DNA of 64,000 nt, from the sequence record NC_042100.1; one strand, given 5' to 3'. Under the pieces are notes generated by a model. The model was given only the letters and a program-made list of their open reading frames with translations. It had not been told where the DNA came from and searched no databases. This document shows, piece after piece, positions 1 to 9,777 of this stretch (positions are counted from its first letter, which is position 1; every line of letters begins with the position of its first letter). The position numbers were made by a program, and so were the translations under genes.

Positions 1-17
1 GTCAACAACGCACTCAA

Positions 18-602
18 ATGAACTCCCGTTCTCTCGGTGTGGATTTGATGAATTCCGAAGTACTGGCAGACGTTTATGCTGTTCGCATGGGTTGTGATAA
101 AGCTCTGCTAGAAGGCACTCATGAACTAAACAATGGGTTCCTTAAAGAAGCCATATTAGGTACCGCAATGGGTTCTTTCATGACCGCGATCATAGTAGGT
201 GGTGCTGTCCCAATGTTAGGTCCTATCGTTGCGGCGTTCTTTATCTCATGTATGGCGTTCGGTCTGGTGTTCTTTAACATGACCATGAGTTCTGATATCT
301 ACGACACCCCATATCGTCGTTTATTGAATATCTTCCAAGAACAAATCCAACGCCTTAAACAATCTAAAACGTTGTCTTCATCAGAGAAACGTAAGATGTT
401 AAATGAGTTAGATCAAAACCTTAAGGTCATCAAAGAAGCGAAACCGTTCTTTGAAGACACGGCGGTACAGCGTTTGTTCACTTGGTTTTCCTCTGAAGGT
501 TCTCCACGCTACGATGCCTTGGAGCACTACACCAAAATCATCTTGAACAACGAGATGTCCCTAGTCAACAGCAAAGTTCAACTTTTAGGTACAGGAGCGT
601 GA
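18..602 (+). CDS. 5'-truncated putative virion protein with hydrophobic segment
   Basis: The frame is open upstream to the window edge. It has an EVLADVYAVRMG motif and a hydrophobic stretch (AILGTAMG...GLVFF), and lies in the virion gene block. Confidence 0.55.
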   Translation: MNSRSLGVDLMNSEVLADVYAVRMGCDKALLEGTHELNNGFLKEAILGTAMGSFMTAIIVGGAVPMLGPIVAAFFISCMAFGLVFFNMTMSSDIYDTPYRRLLNIFQEQIQRLKQSKTLSSSEKRKMLNELDQNLKVIKEAKPFFEDTAVQRLFTWFSSEGSPRYDALEHYTKIILNNEMSLVNSKVQLLGTGA

Positions 603-603
603 C

Positions 604-1014
604 ATGTCACACCTAAGTAAAGTCATTAAATTAAACACAGTACTAGCAGAAAAAGAGTTAGCACAAAGTCCATCTGTTCAAGCATTGATCGTAGAGTCTG
701 CTATGATTCGTGCTTCGGTTGCTTACGCGCACGCTAAAAGCGGGGTTGAAGGTGCAGGGTTATCTGAATCCGTTCGTGAAGACATCCATAAAGCGGTAGA
801 GAAGTGGAACGAAGTTTCTCCTATCAACCACCGTCATGTGATCAACTCGGTTGGTGGTGCGATCCAACGCCTTTACAACCAAGCACTCGCGGGTTGTGAG
901 TTCCGTCCTATCGAAGTCGGGTTAGATGAACTGGACTTCAACCTAATGGAGTTACCGGAATATAAAGAACTGTTCCGTTGTTTGTTAACTGAGTTAATCG
1001 AAGATAACCGATAA
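604..1014 (+). CDS. Hypothetical protein, likely virion-associated
   Basis: 136-aa ORF packed 1 nt after the upstream stop, in the same orientation. Confidence 0.6.
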   Translation: MSHLSKVIKLNTVLAEKELAQSPSVQALIVESAMIRASVAYAHAKSGVEGAGLSESVREDIHKAVEKWNEVSPINHRHVINSVGGAIQRLYNQALAGCEFRPIEVGLDELDFNLMELPEYKELFRCLLTELIEDNR

Positions 1015-1024
1015 GGAGCACGTA

Positions 1025-2488
1025 ATGAGTAAGTCCCCTAATTTCATCTCTATGGGTACCGACTCGACTTCCGGTGTAAGTTTGACTGATGATCGTCAAA
1101 TCATAGATCTTGACGATCATTACGATGACAAAGCAACCGAAGAAGAAACGAAAGCTATTGCTGAGTATCTGTCTTCTGGTAAGTTGAGTAAGAAAGCACT
1201 GCAAGCCCAAAACGTCGAAGGTCAAGAACGTTTCGAACCGGGAACCACTGTGTTGAACGGCGTATTGGGTGGTGAGTCTTTTCTGCAAAGTATCGTAAAA
1301 GGTGCTGCCGACTTTGTTAAGAAAGTCATCAAAATGATCGCGGATGCCGCTCGCTGGTTGACAGAGAAAGTTCGTCAGTTCACGACTTACTTTAGTGATA
1401 TCCGAGAGATCCAGAAAACGGAAGAGATGATGCGTGAGATCGAAGCCAAGCTTATGGAGCTCGGTGGACCGTCTATGCTCATCCCTAACGTGGAAGAACT
1501 CTTTGGTAAAGATAAGGTCGTCGCACGTCGTGTCTCGGTCGTACGCATGTTGCGAGACCGCAACAAAACGGTCATCGAAGCAGCGGCTAAGTTATCCGAG
1601 TCGTCACCTCAAATCAAAGAGTTGATCCTTTCACTGAACTCACAAGAATTCAGTGCACGTCGAGTGAAAGATCAGTTTGATAAGTCAGTCGCCCATATCC
1701 GTAAACGCTTTAAAGAGAACTCCCTTACTTTAGAAGACGTAACTTTATGGGAAGCACAAGTCAGTGATCTTGTTGCACAAAACTTACAACCTCATAAACT
1801 GAAAGCATCGTTCTCTAAACTAGCATCTATTGTGTCACTGGATCAAGAACTCAGTGACACTGTACAAGCCGAAGATCGCTTTGCTGAGTTTTATGAAACC
1901 CTTCGCAAAAACCAAGAGTTGGCTAAAGAAGAGTTATCGGTTAAAGACTTTGCTGCCTTTGCCCAACAAGGTAACGCGATGCGCGACATGGTTGCTCAAA
2001 ACCCGGGGGAGTTCGATATTGCCATTAAAGCATCCGATCTCAAAGAGCTCGATCAAGTCGTTTCTATGAGTGATCTGGATTTCTTTACTACGATTGGTAA
2101 TGCGTTAGGTTCCCCACGTCCCGTTGCGGTTTACCGTGACTTTGTTGCACGTTGTTCTGATTACGTTAAGACACTCCGTATTTGTGTTGAAACGGCGGTG
2201 CGTTACACCGAAGAAATCAAATACGTCGCAGAATGGGCGCAACGCTACCAATTGATCTTAAACGTTTATTCTTTGTCTAATGCGTCTAATCGTGAAGAAA
2301 AGATAAAAGAGATCGAAAAGGAAACCGGTAAATCATTTGATGGTGCGGGGATTGATTCCGTAGTAGAAGACGGTCTTGATAAAACCGAGCGTGCGTGGCG
2401 CGCTGCTTACGAACGTATGTTCCCTAGACTGAAAGATCAGATGAACCGTTTGTCACGTAAACTTAATGCGGGGGTAACGGTAAAATGA
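1025..2488 (+). CDS. Internal head protein paralog (phiKZ_IP-like)
   Basis: SD aggag. An acidic N-terminus is followed by GGESFLQSIVKGAADFVKKVIKMI, the same post-cleavage amphipathic helix seen in the 12-21 kb paralogs. Confidence 0.65.
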   Translation: MSKSPNFISMGTDSTSGVSLTDDRQIIDLDDHYDDKATEEETKAIAEYLSSGKLSKKALQAQNVEGQERFEPGTTVLNGVLGGESFLQSIVKGAADFVKKVIKMIADAARWLTEKVRQFTTYFSDIREIQKTEEMMREIEAKLMELGGPSMLIPNVEELFGKDKVVARRVSVVRMLRDRNKTVIEAAAKLSESSPQIKELILSLNSQEFSARRVKDQFDKSVAHIRKRFKENSLTLEDVTLWEAQVSDLVAQNLQPHKLKASFSKLASIVSLDQELSDTVQAEDRFAEFYETLRKNQELAKEELSVKDFAAFAQQGNAMRDMVAQNPGEFDIAIKASDLKELDQVVSMSDLDFFTTIGNALGSPRPVAVYRDFVARCSDYVKTLRICVETAVRYTEEIKYVAEWAQRYQLILNVYSLSNASNREEKIKEIEKETGKSFDGAGIDSVVEDGLDKTERAWRAAYERMFPRLKDQMNRLSRKLNAGVTVK

Positions 2489-3207
2489 TTCGTGAAATTA
2501 ATAGTTCTTACAAAGACATTCGTAAGCGTGTTCGTAAATGGGAAGCGGGAGTCATTGAGTTCAATGAAAAGGTGAAAGAGCTAAAGGTGACTCTGGACCA
2601 ACCTATTGGGTATCAAACCCTAATGGAGATGGCTAAATTCGCCCAAGCCCTTCCATCTGAGATTCGTGAACTAAAGTTGTACGCAACCATGCAAGCTTCT
2701 CATGTTAATGGTGATGCATTCCGCCAATGTGTCAAACTCCGTAGCAATAACGGGTACATTTCTTTGACTCAATTAGACCAAGGTCGTGCGTTGATCAAAG
2801 AGTACTACCATCTAGCGGAGAACATGCTGAAGTACACGCTGGACGAACTTAACCGTGAACGCACTCAGACCAACAGTCATAAGGCGGTGTGTTTGAGTCG
2901 TGATGTGGCACGTTTCCAGAAGTACTTCCAAGAGGGATTTTACGGTCCCATCGAGTGGGCTAAGATTGAACCAGACGCGGATTACCTTTCTAACATGTAT
3001 TCGTTAGAGAACGTAAAGGATGACTTGTTCGAACTGACCCGTCGTGATTCAACAAAAGGTCTTCACCTTTGGTCGCTCACTTGGGATACTGAACGTTTAC
3101 AGTACGCCATCCATTCTCTACAAGCTCTAGTAGAGCGTGTTACTGAATTTGGAGTTGCGCGTCTGGAACTGACCCCAGAGCAACTTGATAAGTTGGATCC
3201 TAAGTAA
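2485..3207 (+). CDS. Hypothetical protein (probable virion)
   Basis: 240-aa ORF with ATGA overlap on the upstream stop, followed by a terminator. Confidence 0.6.
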   Translation: MIREINSSYKDIRKRVRKWEAGVIEFNEKVKELKVTLDQPIGYQTLMEMAKFAQALPSEIRELKLYATMQASHVNGDAFRQCVKLRSNNGYISLTQLDQGRALIKEYYHLAENMLKYTLDELNRERTQTNSHKAVCLSRDVARFQKYFQEGFYGPIEWAKIEPDADYLSNMYSLENVKDDLFELTRRDSTKGLHLWSLTWDTERLQYAIHSLQALVERVTEFGVARLELTPEQLDKLDPK

Positions 3208-3215
3208 ACAATATA

Positions 3216-3249
3216 AAGTACTCCTTCCCCAAATGGGGAAGGAGTACTT
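3216..3249. terminator. Bidirectional intrinsic terminator
   Basis: Perfect 15-bp stem AAGTACTCCTTCCCC/GGGGAAGGAGTACTT with AAAT loop, between convergent genes, T-rich on the 3' side. Confidence 0.85.
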
Positions 3250-3253
3250 ATGT

Positions 3254-6175
3254 TTATTTATTTTTAAAGTGTGGTAAGAATGCGTAAGAAATCGCTTCCT
3301 TAACACTCGCTACACCATCGCCAGTGTTTTCCAGACGTTTACGAACGGAGAAGCTCGTCGTAGTATCCATGTTAGACACAACGTCAATTTCAGTGTCATC
3401 CGCTAACGCATTGAGACGAACATCTACGACGTCACTTGGTAGTGTGTCTTTTAACGCCCGTAGGATATCGTTGTTGGATACCGTAGAGTTCTTTAGCATC
3501 TCGTTGATCACGTTAGACGTCAAAGTCTTCAGTGCCGGACGTATGGTGTCACTACGGATACCCGCAGGCGTTAAGTAGTAAACTACGTTAAAGGACAAGT
3601 CCGCTCTCACCTTCGTTTCGAACTGGGAGTTAATCACGACATCAATCAAACCAAGCTTCACTTTCGGTGAGAACATCAGTTCAGTCTTATCTCGCATCTG
3701 ACTACTGAAGTTAGCCATGTCTTGCATAACGACATCTGTGATATACTCTTTAGTACGATCAGCAAAGTCCAAGTCATATTGGTCGTTGGAGAACCAGAAG
3801 TTCCCATCGAACGTCACGAAGTCCATGTAGTACTTGAGTTCACCACCACCCAGTTTGATCGGATTACCATTGTCATCACGAACCAGTGAGTTTTTGTAAT
3901 GCAAGATAATTGGGTCACCGTCATCGTTCAACATCGGGTCACCGGCTTTATGTTCCAGTACCAGTTTCCCGTCCTCAACAACGTAAGTGTTATCCGGATT
4001 ACGTTTAAATCGGTTTTCAGGCCAAGTCTCGTAAACGTCCTCATCATAACGCTGGTATTGTTCTTCACCCAGTACCGGATGAGCACGATGGTAAAGGTTA
4101 TTTAGGGCTTTACCAAATACCACGTCATAACCGACTTCGATCAAACAAGTCTTGTTGGAACCAAACAGTACAGCGTCGATACGCAGATCTTGTTCTGTTG
4201 GTTTCTCACCTTCTGACGCCTCCACTAAGAACATCACTTTAATGTCAGTCTTCAGGTCTGCGTGAACCTCACTTGCTGGACGACCAAACATGTTCATGTT
4301 GGTGAAACTCAACATGTCACGAACGTCCACATCGAAGTTGGACTCCAAAGTGAATTCCCAGACACGATCTTGTTCTTCGTTACGACCCAGTACTTTACCC
4401 TTTAGGGTAGCGATCTCATTGGAGTCCGCAGGGGTAAAGTAAAGCTGAGCACCCACCTTATCATCTGGCATGGTTTTGTACGCGTCATCACCACGAGTCA
4501 CCATCACGATGCGATAGCCGTTGTCTTTATGTTCAACTGAGATCGAAGTAACACTGAGCTCAACACCCAAGGTTTCTTTCTCATACAAAAAGTTTTGGTT
4601 ATCGTATTTCGGTTTATCCAGTAAATAAGGACGAACCTTCACAGTCCCACTGGTAGTATCCAGTACGTTATGGAACGGCGTATAAACCAACATACGGTCA
4701 TTAACGTAATCCAGTAGTTCATCCGTGGTCATTGTCCCGATTTGGTTTACTTGTGTCTCAGGAATAATACGAGTGGACGTATCATTAACCTCGAACACGG
4801 TACCCGGTGGAATAGTCACACGAGTATCGTTATCGTAAACCACACCAGAATCTCTTAACTCATTCAAGGAGTACATGACCTTAGCTATGTAGGCATTAAC
4901 CGAAACCGATTTCTTTTCAGCGTCAGCGTAGCTAGGAAGTTCTCTGGTCAATTGATACAAACGGTTAGTGTACATGTCGATCAACTTAGTTGCGCTGTAC
5001 CCGTAAGCATTCAAGTAACTGCTGATTTGGTTTTCAGAGATCGGGATGGACTGGCGACGACTGTTGTTAATCGCTTCGCTCTTCATTTGCAAGAAGTTAC
5101 GAGGACTACTACCACCACTTACCGGTGTTTGAATTTCCCATGCCGCGTTATTGACTTCTCGAATCGGTGCTTCATAACGACCTAACTGATCAGACCCGTA
5201 ATCAAAGTCTAAGAAAGTTGCGGTATGGGTTTGAGTACGCAATGTCTTAAGATCTTGTTCATACGCTCCTTTGGTCGTATAAACCACCAAGGTCAATGTA
5301 CCTACGCCACGTCCGTTATTAATGTAAACTTCTGGGATCGAATAAGTGAACTGTTGATTGTCTTGATCCACGTCCACCGTTAACGTAACTTCGTTCTGGT
5401 TAAAGACTTGGTTGTTGTAAGCAATACGGATTTCTCGTGTAGCGCCACCGACTGGGGTCAACCAAGCACGCACCCCAAATAGTTTATCCTTATAAGGGAA
5501 GATCTCTTTAAGACCGGCGGTAGGGGTTACAGCAATCTTACGTTTGGTCTCACCTTTAAGTTGTTTGACGGGAATATCCACGTACAAGTATTCTTGACCC
5601 GCCATGTTCACGGTACGGCGGTCTAAAGAGTTGGTTGTGATGCCGTAGAACGGATGTTGACTCTTCGTATCATACACAACCTGAACATGACCAGCTTCCA
5701 TTAAACGGAATTCGATCGGATGAACGATATTGAAAGGTACGCCGTAAACTTCAATGATGGTGTCTTTTGGCATCACCAATTTACGATAGCGGTTAATCAC
5801 CGTTCCGGACTGTTCTTCGTAAGGGATGGATAAGCGACGAATCTCATCCACCGGCAGGGAGTAACGTATCGTAGCTTCACTAGGATAACCAAATAATCCA
5901 AAGAACTCATAATCACTCATATGTCGGAATAAGTCCGATGGTTTACGAGCATGTTCACGGTATAAACGAGATTCAACGTCACCAACACGGTTAATCAACC
6001 CTGCTGATTCAGAAACGATTGTGTCTAAAGCTCGAACAAAAGGGTGACTCGTACTTTCGAACGCCACACGCTTTCCTTCGAACGCTTCCGCCGTTCTATC
6101 CAACACCAGAGAAATAGCTCTACCGGGGTTGTTAGCAACACGGTTTAATTCATCAAAGGTTAGTTCACCACTCAT
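3254..6175 (-). CDS. Large virion structural protein, probable baseplate wedge (phiKZ gp87-like position)
   Basis: About 973 aa. Start placed at 6175, where it forms a TAATG overlap with the upstream stop. Call rests on size and divergent orientation next to the inner-head genes, as recalled for phiKZ-like phages. Confidence 0.6.
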   Translation of the reverse strand: MSGELTFDELNRVANNPGRAISLVLDRTAEAFEGKRVAFESTSHPFVRALDTIVSESAGLINRVGDVESRLYREHARKPSDLFRHMSDYEFFGLFGYPSEATIRYSLPVDEIRRLSIPYEEQSGTVINRYRKLVMPKDTIIEVYGVPFNIVHPIEFRLMEAGHVQVVYDTKSQHPFYGITTNSLDRRTVNMAGQEYLYVDIPVKQLKGETKRKIAVTPTAGLKEIFPYKDKLFGVRAWLTPVGGATREIRIAYNNQVFNQNEVTLTVDVDQDNQQFTYSIPEVYINNGRGVGTLTLVVYTTKGAYEQDLKTLRTQTHTATFLDFDYGSDQLGRYEAPIREVNNAAWEIQTPVSGGSSPRNFLQMKSEAINNSRRQSIPISENQISSYLNAYGYSATKLIDMYTNRLYQLTRELPSYADAEKKSVSVNAYIAKVMYSLNELRDSGVVYDNDTRVTIPPGTVFEVNDTSTRIIPETQVNQIGTMTTDELLDYVNDRMLVYTPFHNVLDTTSGTVKVRPYLLDKPKYDNQNFLYEKETLGVELSVTSISVEHKDNGYRIVMVTRGDDAYKTMPDDKVGAQLYFTPADSNEIATLKGKVLGRNEEQDRVWEFTLESNFDVDVRDMLSFTNMNMFGRPASEVHADLKTDIKVMFLVEASEGEKPTEQDLRIDAVLFGSNKTCLIEVGYDVVFGKALNNLYHRAHPVLGEEQYQRYDEDVYETWPENRFKRNPDNTYVVEDGKLVLEHKAGDPMLNDDGDPIILHYKNSLVRDDNGNPIKLGGGELKYYMDFVTFDGNFWFSNDQYDLDFADRTKEYITDVVMQDMANFSSQMRDKTELMFSPKVKLGLIDVVINSQFETKVRADLSFNVVYYLTPAGIRSDTIRPALKTLTSNVINEMLKNSTVSNNDILRALKDTLPSDVVDVRLNALADDTEIDVVSNMDTTTSFSVRKRLENTGDGVASVKEAISYAFLPHFKNK

Positions 6176-7218
6176 TAGTCTTTCACCCACCATTCTAGTT
6201 CCATGGTATTGATGTTAATCCATGGATAAGCTTTAAAGTTATGATCTAAGAATTCAGACGGTTTTAACTTACGGTACACTCTTTCACGTCTACCATCAGC
6301 CATGTCTTCATTAAAGAACAGCGTTGAACCGTTAAAGGCATCGATACATTCAAACGTATCTGCTCTTGCACCCACGGATTTAAATTGCACGTCAAACGTA
6401 TCCTGACCCGGGCCACGACGACTAGCTTGATCATAATCGATCGACGCTAAACTACCCTGAGGGTGTGTGGAAGGAACAGACTCTATCGTCATGTAGATAG
6501 ATTCGATATTGATCATGTTAGGGTTCATGAACAAATGGAAGATGCGAGTATCAAAATCAAAATAGTTTTGGTGCTGCGCTTCAAAATACGGTTCCATTTG
6601 ATGGTCGCCCAAACGCACTTCCGGGATGTAATGTTCCCAAACGGAAAACAAATAAGGGAGGATCCCCCCTTTCACGTTTTGGTATGTTTGGTTAATAGTC
6701 AACACACCGTTGGTTTCTAACAGACCTTCGATCCATTGGAAAGTCTCTTGACGAATACCCGGTTGTGTTGAAGTGGATTCCAGTTCCAAATCAGGGAAGC
6801 CGTCTGACTTACGCAGTAAGTTGGTTAATAAAGGCATCCACGCATTTTTGTTATCTAACGCTGGGTGACTGTACTGACGACCGGTTCGGTAATCAAGTAA
6901 TCCTCGGATGTAACCACCGAGGGAATTAGAGTCTGCTTCTAATAACTTTGCAAATCGAGGTGACTTAGAAACGTTCTCGTCACTTAAGTTCAACACAGGT
7001 CTTGGGATAAACATTAATCCTATGGTGTCATCAGCCAAAGGTGCGAGTTGTATGCCGTTACCCAATATTTTTATCCCATGAAGAATATTGCCTAACGGAC
7101 TTAAATAACTACCCCCGCCATTCTCCTTGAAGATGTCATTTAGCCAAACCTTTAACTTTGGATCGACTTCTCCTGTGAATGGGTTGAGTGAGGTAGACTT
7201 TTTGTCTATTTCATCCAT
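6175..7218 (-). CDS. Virion structural protein, tail-tube-like baseplate component (phiKZ gp88-like position)
   Basis: 347 aa. The QTYQNVKGGILPYLFSVWEHYI segment resembles tube-fold proteins. Synteny. Confidence 0.5.
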   Translation of the reverse strand: MDEIDKKSTSLNPFTGEVDPKLKVWLNDIFKENGGGSYLSPLGNILHGIKILGNGIQLAPLADDTIGLMFIPRPVLNLSDENVSKSPRFAKLLEADSNSLGGYIRGLLDYRTGRQYSHPALDNKNAWMPLLTNLLRKSDGFPDLELESTSTQPGIRQETFQWIEGLLETNGVLTINQTYQNVKGGILPYLFSVWEHYIPEVRLGDHQMEPYFEAQHQNYFDFDTRIFHLFMNPNMINIESIYMTIESVPSTHPQGSLASIDYDQASRRGPGQDTFDVQFKSVGARADTFECIDAFNGSTLFFNEDMADGRRERVYRKLKPSEFLDHNFKAYPWININTMELEWWVKD

Positions 7219-7253
7219 TCTTAATTCCTAATAACTAACTGAGAGTATTTATC

Positions 7254-8375
7254 ATGATTCCTTTTGCGTCTCTAGGGGCTACACTGTTAGCCAACCTTAC
7301 CGGTGAAGGTGCCGGCGTCTTAGCTGGTGAAATCGCCGGTAAAGCGACCGAGGGTGGCATCGCTGCCATCGGTACCAACAAAGGTAACAGCTTGGTGCGA
7401 GAAGCACAAAAAACAATGATTCGACCAATGGTGGTCGTAGAACAATCTATTATTCATCAGGACTACGCATCTGACCTGATGACGATCATACAATTGCGAG
7501 ATATTCAGGCAACTCTCACCCACTTGCGCCTGCAAGGTTCAGTAGGTGGTGTGCAGATTTCTAAGTACGTCGAACCTATTCGTCCAGTACGTGGCATGGG
7601 TCGTTCCCTTGGCAGTTTTGGTGGTCTAGAGTCCTTTGGTGGGACTAACATTGTGAAACCTGTCGACGGCATGGAGTCCGCAGACACTCCAGACGGTGTT
7701 AAGATTGATTCTAAATCAGCACAGTCTGTGTTGTCTGAATACGCACCACTTGCGCTTGGTCGTACCATCGAAGCAGTAATTACTTCTAACGGTGAAACTG
7801 TCAGCTTCCCGCTAACGTTCCGTCAAATCCCAGTGCCGATGAGTACTAAAGATCTAGAACGTGTCTTTGATCACGCTAAAGGTGAAGATAGCTGGCAAAC
7901 TCGTTTTGACAAGCTTGAAGTTGGTATGATCACCCCACCAGATCTTCTTACAGGTCGTGATATCATCAAAGAGAAATTCCGTATTCGTTTAGATGATATT
8001 AAAGCGAACTCGCGTTACATTTCCGATTCTATCAAGAACCAACGCAACCATGTGAAGAAAGCCGCTACTTCAGGTGAGATGTCTTTGAACAACATGGCTA
8101 ACACGTTCGTAATCACTGATACAGCAGCACGTCAAATCGAAATGTTGACGGGTAAACGTTTTAGTGTGTTTAGTCAACGTGAAACTCTATGGTCGGGTCT
8201 GCGTGCTAACACGATCGTAATCTGTAATGAAGCTCGTGGTTTATTCACGTTCTACACTTGGGGTTCGAAGGATGCGGAAACGTATACTCGTAACGATCTT
8301 AAACAGAAAGCAGCAAAAGAATCTAGCGTAGGTTCTTTGACTGATATCATGAAGCTACTTAATGGCGGTATGTAA
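7254..8375 (+). CDS. Inner head / inner body protein (phiKZ gp89-like)
   Basis: 373 aa with GLES and GMES protease-type sites. First gene of the divergent head-protein operon. Confidence 0.6.
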   Translation: MIPFASLGATLLANLTGEGAGVLAGEIAGKATEGGIAAIGTNKGNSLVREAQKTMIRPMVVVEQSIIHQDYASDLMTIIQLRDIQATLTHLRLQGSVGGVQISKYVEPIRPVRGMGRSLGSFGGLESFGGTNIVKPVDGMESADTPDGVKIDSKSAQSVLSEYAPLALGRTIEAVITSNGETVSFPLTFRQIPVPMSTKDLERVFDHAKGEDSWQTRFDKLEVGMITPPDLLTGRDIIKEKFRIRLDDIKANSRYISDSIKNQRNHVKKAATSGEMSLNNMANTFVITDTAARQIEMLTGKRFSVFSQRETLWSGLRANTIVICNEARGLFTFYTWGSKDAETYTRNDLKQKAAKESSVGSLTDIMKLLNGGM

Positions 8376-9256
8376 TGGAACTTTTAGATTTTAAAAACAA
8401 AATGAAGCCGCTTAATAAAGCGGATCTGGTGAAGTTAATAAACAACCACCGCGACTTTACCGAAGGTGCTTACGACAACTTACGTCTATTGGTATCTGAA
8501 AACATTTCTTTGAGTGAAGCAATTGGTGGTTGGAAAATGGCACCAGCTTTATTTCAAGCAATGCGCGGCAATATTCCTAAGTCGATCAAAATGGAATCGA
8601 TCTTAGAAGGTGCGATTAAGAACGTGTTGTTGATCATCGACGTAATTGAAAAAGACGTTAAGTCCGGTCCGAGTGTCATCGCTAAAGAAACCGCGACGGT
8701 TAAAGAAGTCAACGCACTCATGTTGGATTCTTATATCTCGTTCTGGGTTGATTACTTAGCACGCTTGATGAACATGTTTACGTCAATGATGATTCATAAG
8801 AAATCGGCTGAACAAGTAGCACAAAAACCGGACCTTGAGTTCTTAACACAGAACCTAGAGCGTTTCGGTGAACTTACTTACATGTTCTTTGAACGTGGTG
8901 GTGTGGTTCTTAAACGTTACCGCTCAGCTCCTAAGATCGTTGCAGACGAACAGACAGTTGACGTCTTGACGGCGACTAAGGGTAAAGATGCTGTGCTGGT
9001 CATGCCGACTCGTAACTTCGGTCCGCACTCGCTTAACCCGGGTTACTGGTGGTCGATGTATCAAATGGAGCGTGCGTTGTCTCAGTATGAAGCAATGCAG
9101 AACTCTATCGAGTCTAATGCTCAGAAGATAAGCTACTACCGTGATCTTCAAAACCAAGATCCATCACCTGCAAACGAGAAAATGATCGAAAAACTTGAAG
9201 GTCGTATTATCTCTGCGCAAGCGAAGATGGAAGCAATTGAACAATCTTACAGCTAA
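8375..9256 (+). CDS. Inner head protein (phiKZ gp90-like)
   Basis: 293 aa with TAATG coupling. C-terminal NPGYWW...coiled coil...IEKLEGRI pattern. Synteny. Confidence 0.6.
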   Translation: MELLDFKNKMKPLNKADLVKLINNHRDFTEGAYDNLRLLVSENISLSEAIGGWKMAPALFQAMRGNIPKSIKMESILEGAIKNVLLIIDVIEKDVKSGPSVIAKETATVKEVNALMLDSYISFWVDYLARLMNMFTSMMIHKKSAEQVAQKPDLEFLTQNLERFGELTYMFFERGGVVLKRYRSAPKIVADEQTVDVLTATKGKDAVLVMPTRNFGPHSLNPGYWWSMYQMERALSQYEAMQNSIESNAQKISYYRDLQNQDPSPANEKMIEKLEGRIISAQAKMEAIEQSYS

Positions 9257-9267
9257 AGGGGTGTATC

Positions 9268-9777
9268 ATGAGTGACTTTCGTAAAGTTGCTTACGGCTAT
9301 GTCGATAGCCGTCTGTTAGACCCAACCCTTACTGTCATTAACGGTATCTTACGGGCCTACGTTCAAAGCTCGCAAGACATGACTATGCAAATTGACCCAG
9401 CGTCAATTAAAGAAGTCATTGAAATGGGTAACAAAATCACGGGTCAAGATTTCAAACACTGGATCACCGCTAACTACGAACGTGGTGCGGGTCGTCGTGC
9501 TCGTCTAATGCGCGCTATTACGTTTTTCTTAAATGGAAAGATCTCAGCACGCACTCTGGAACAAGCTATTACCGGGGATGAGCAATTCGTCACCACTACC
9601 GACATTAAACACATTAAGTCTGGTAACGGTCTCGTTGAACGACGTAACCTTGATGAAGTGGAAGACGTCATTCGTCATCTAAAACACGACGATATGTTCC
9701 GTCTCATTGAAGGTATCGGTCCTCAAATGTTTGCTCGTATGTTGATTACCTTTAATGGAGAATCTGCATATGCCTGA
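9268..9777 (+). CDS. Putative head protein
   Basis: 169-aa ORF with SD aagggg, inside the head operon. Confidence 0.55.
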   Translation: MSDFRKVAYGYVDSRLLDPTLTVINGILRAYVQSSQDMTMQIDPASIKEVIEMGNKITGQDFKHWITANYERGAGRRARLMRAITFFLNGKISARTLEQAITGDEQFVTTTDIKHIKSGNGLVERRNLDEVEDVIRHLKHDDMFRLIEGIGPQMFARMLITFNGESAYA

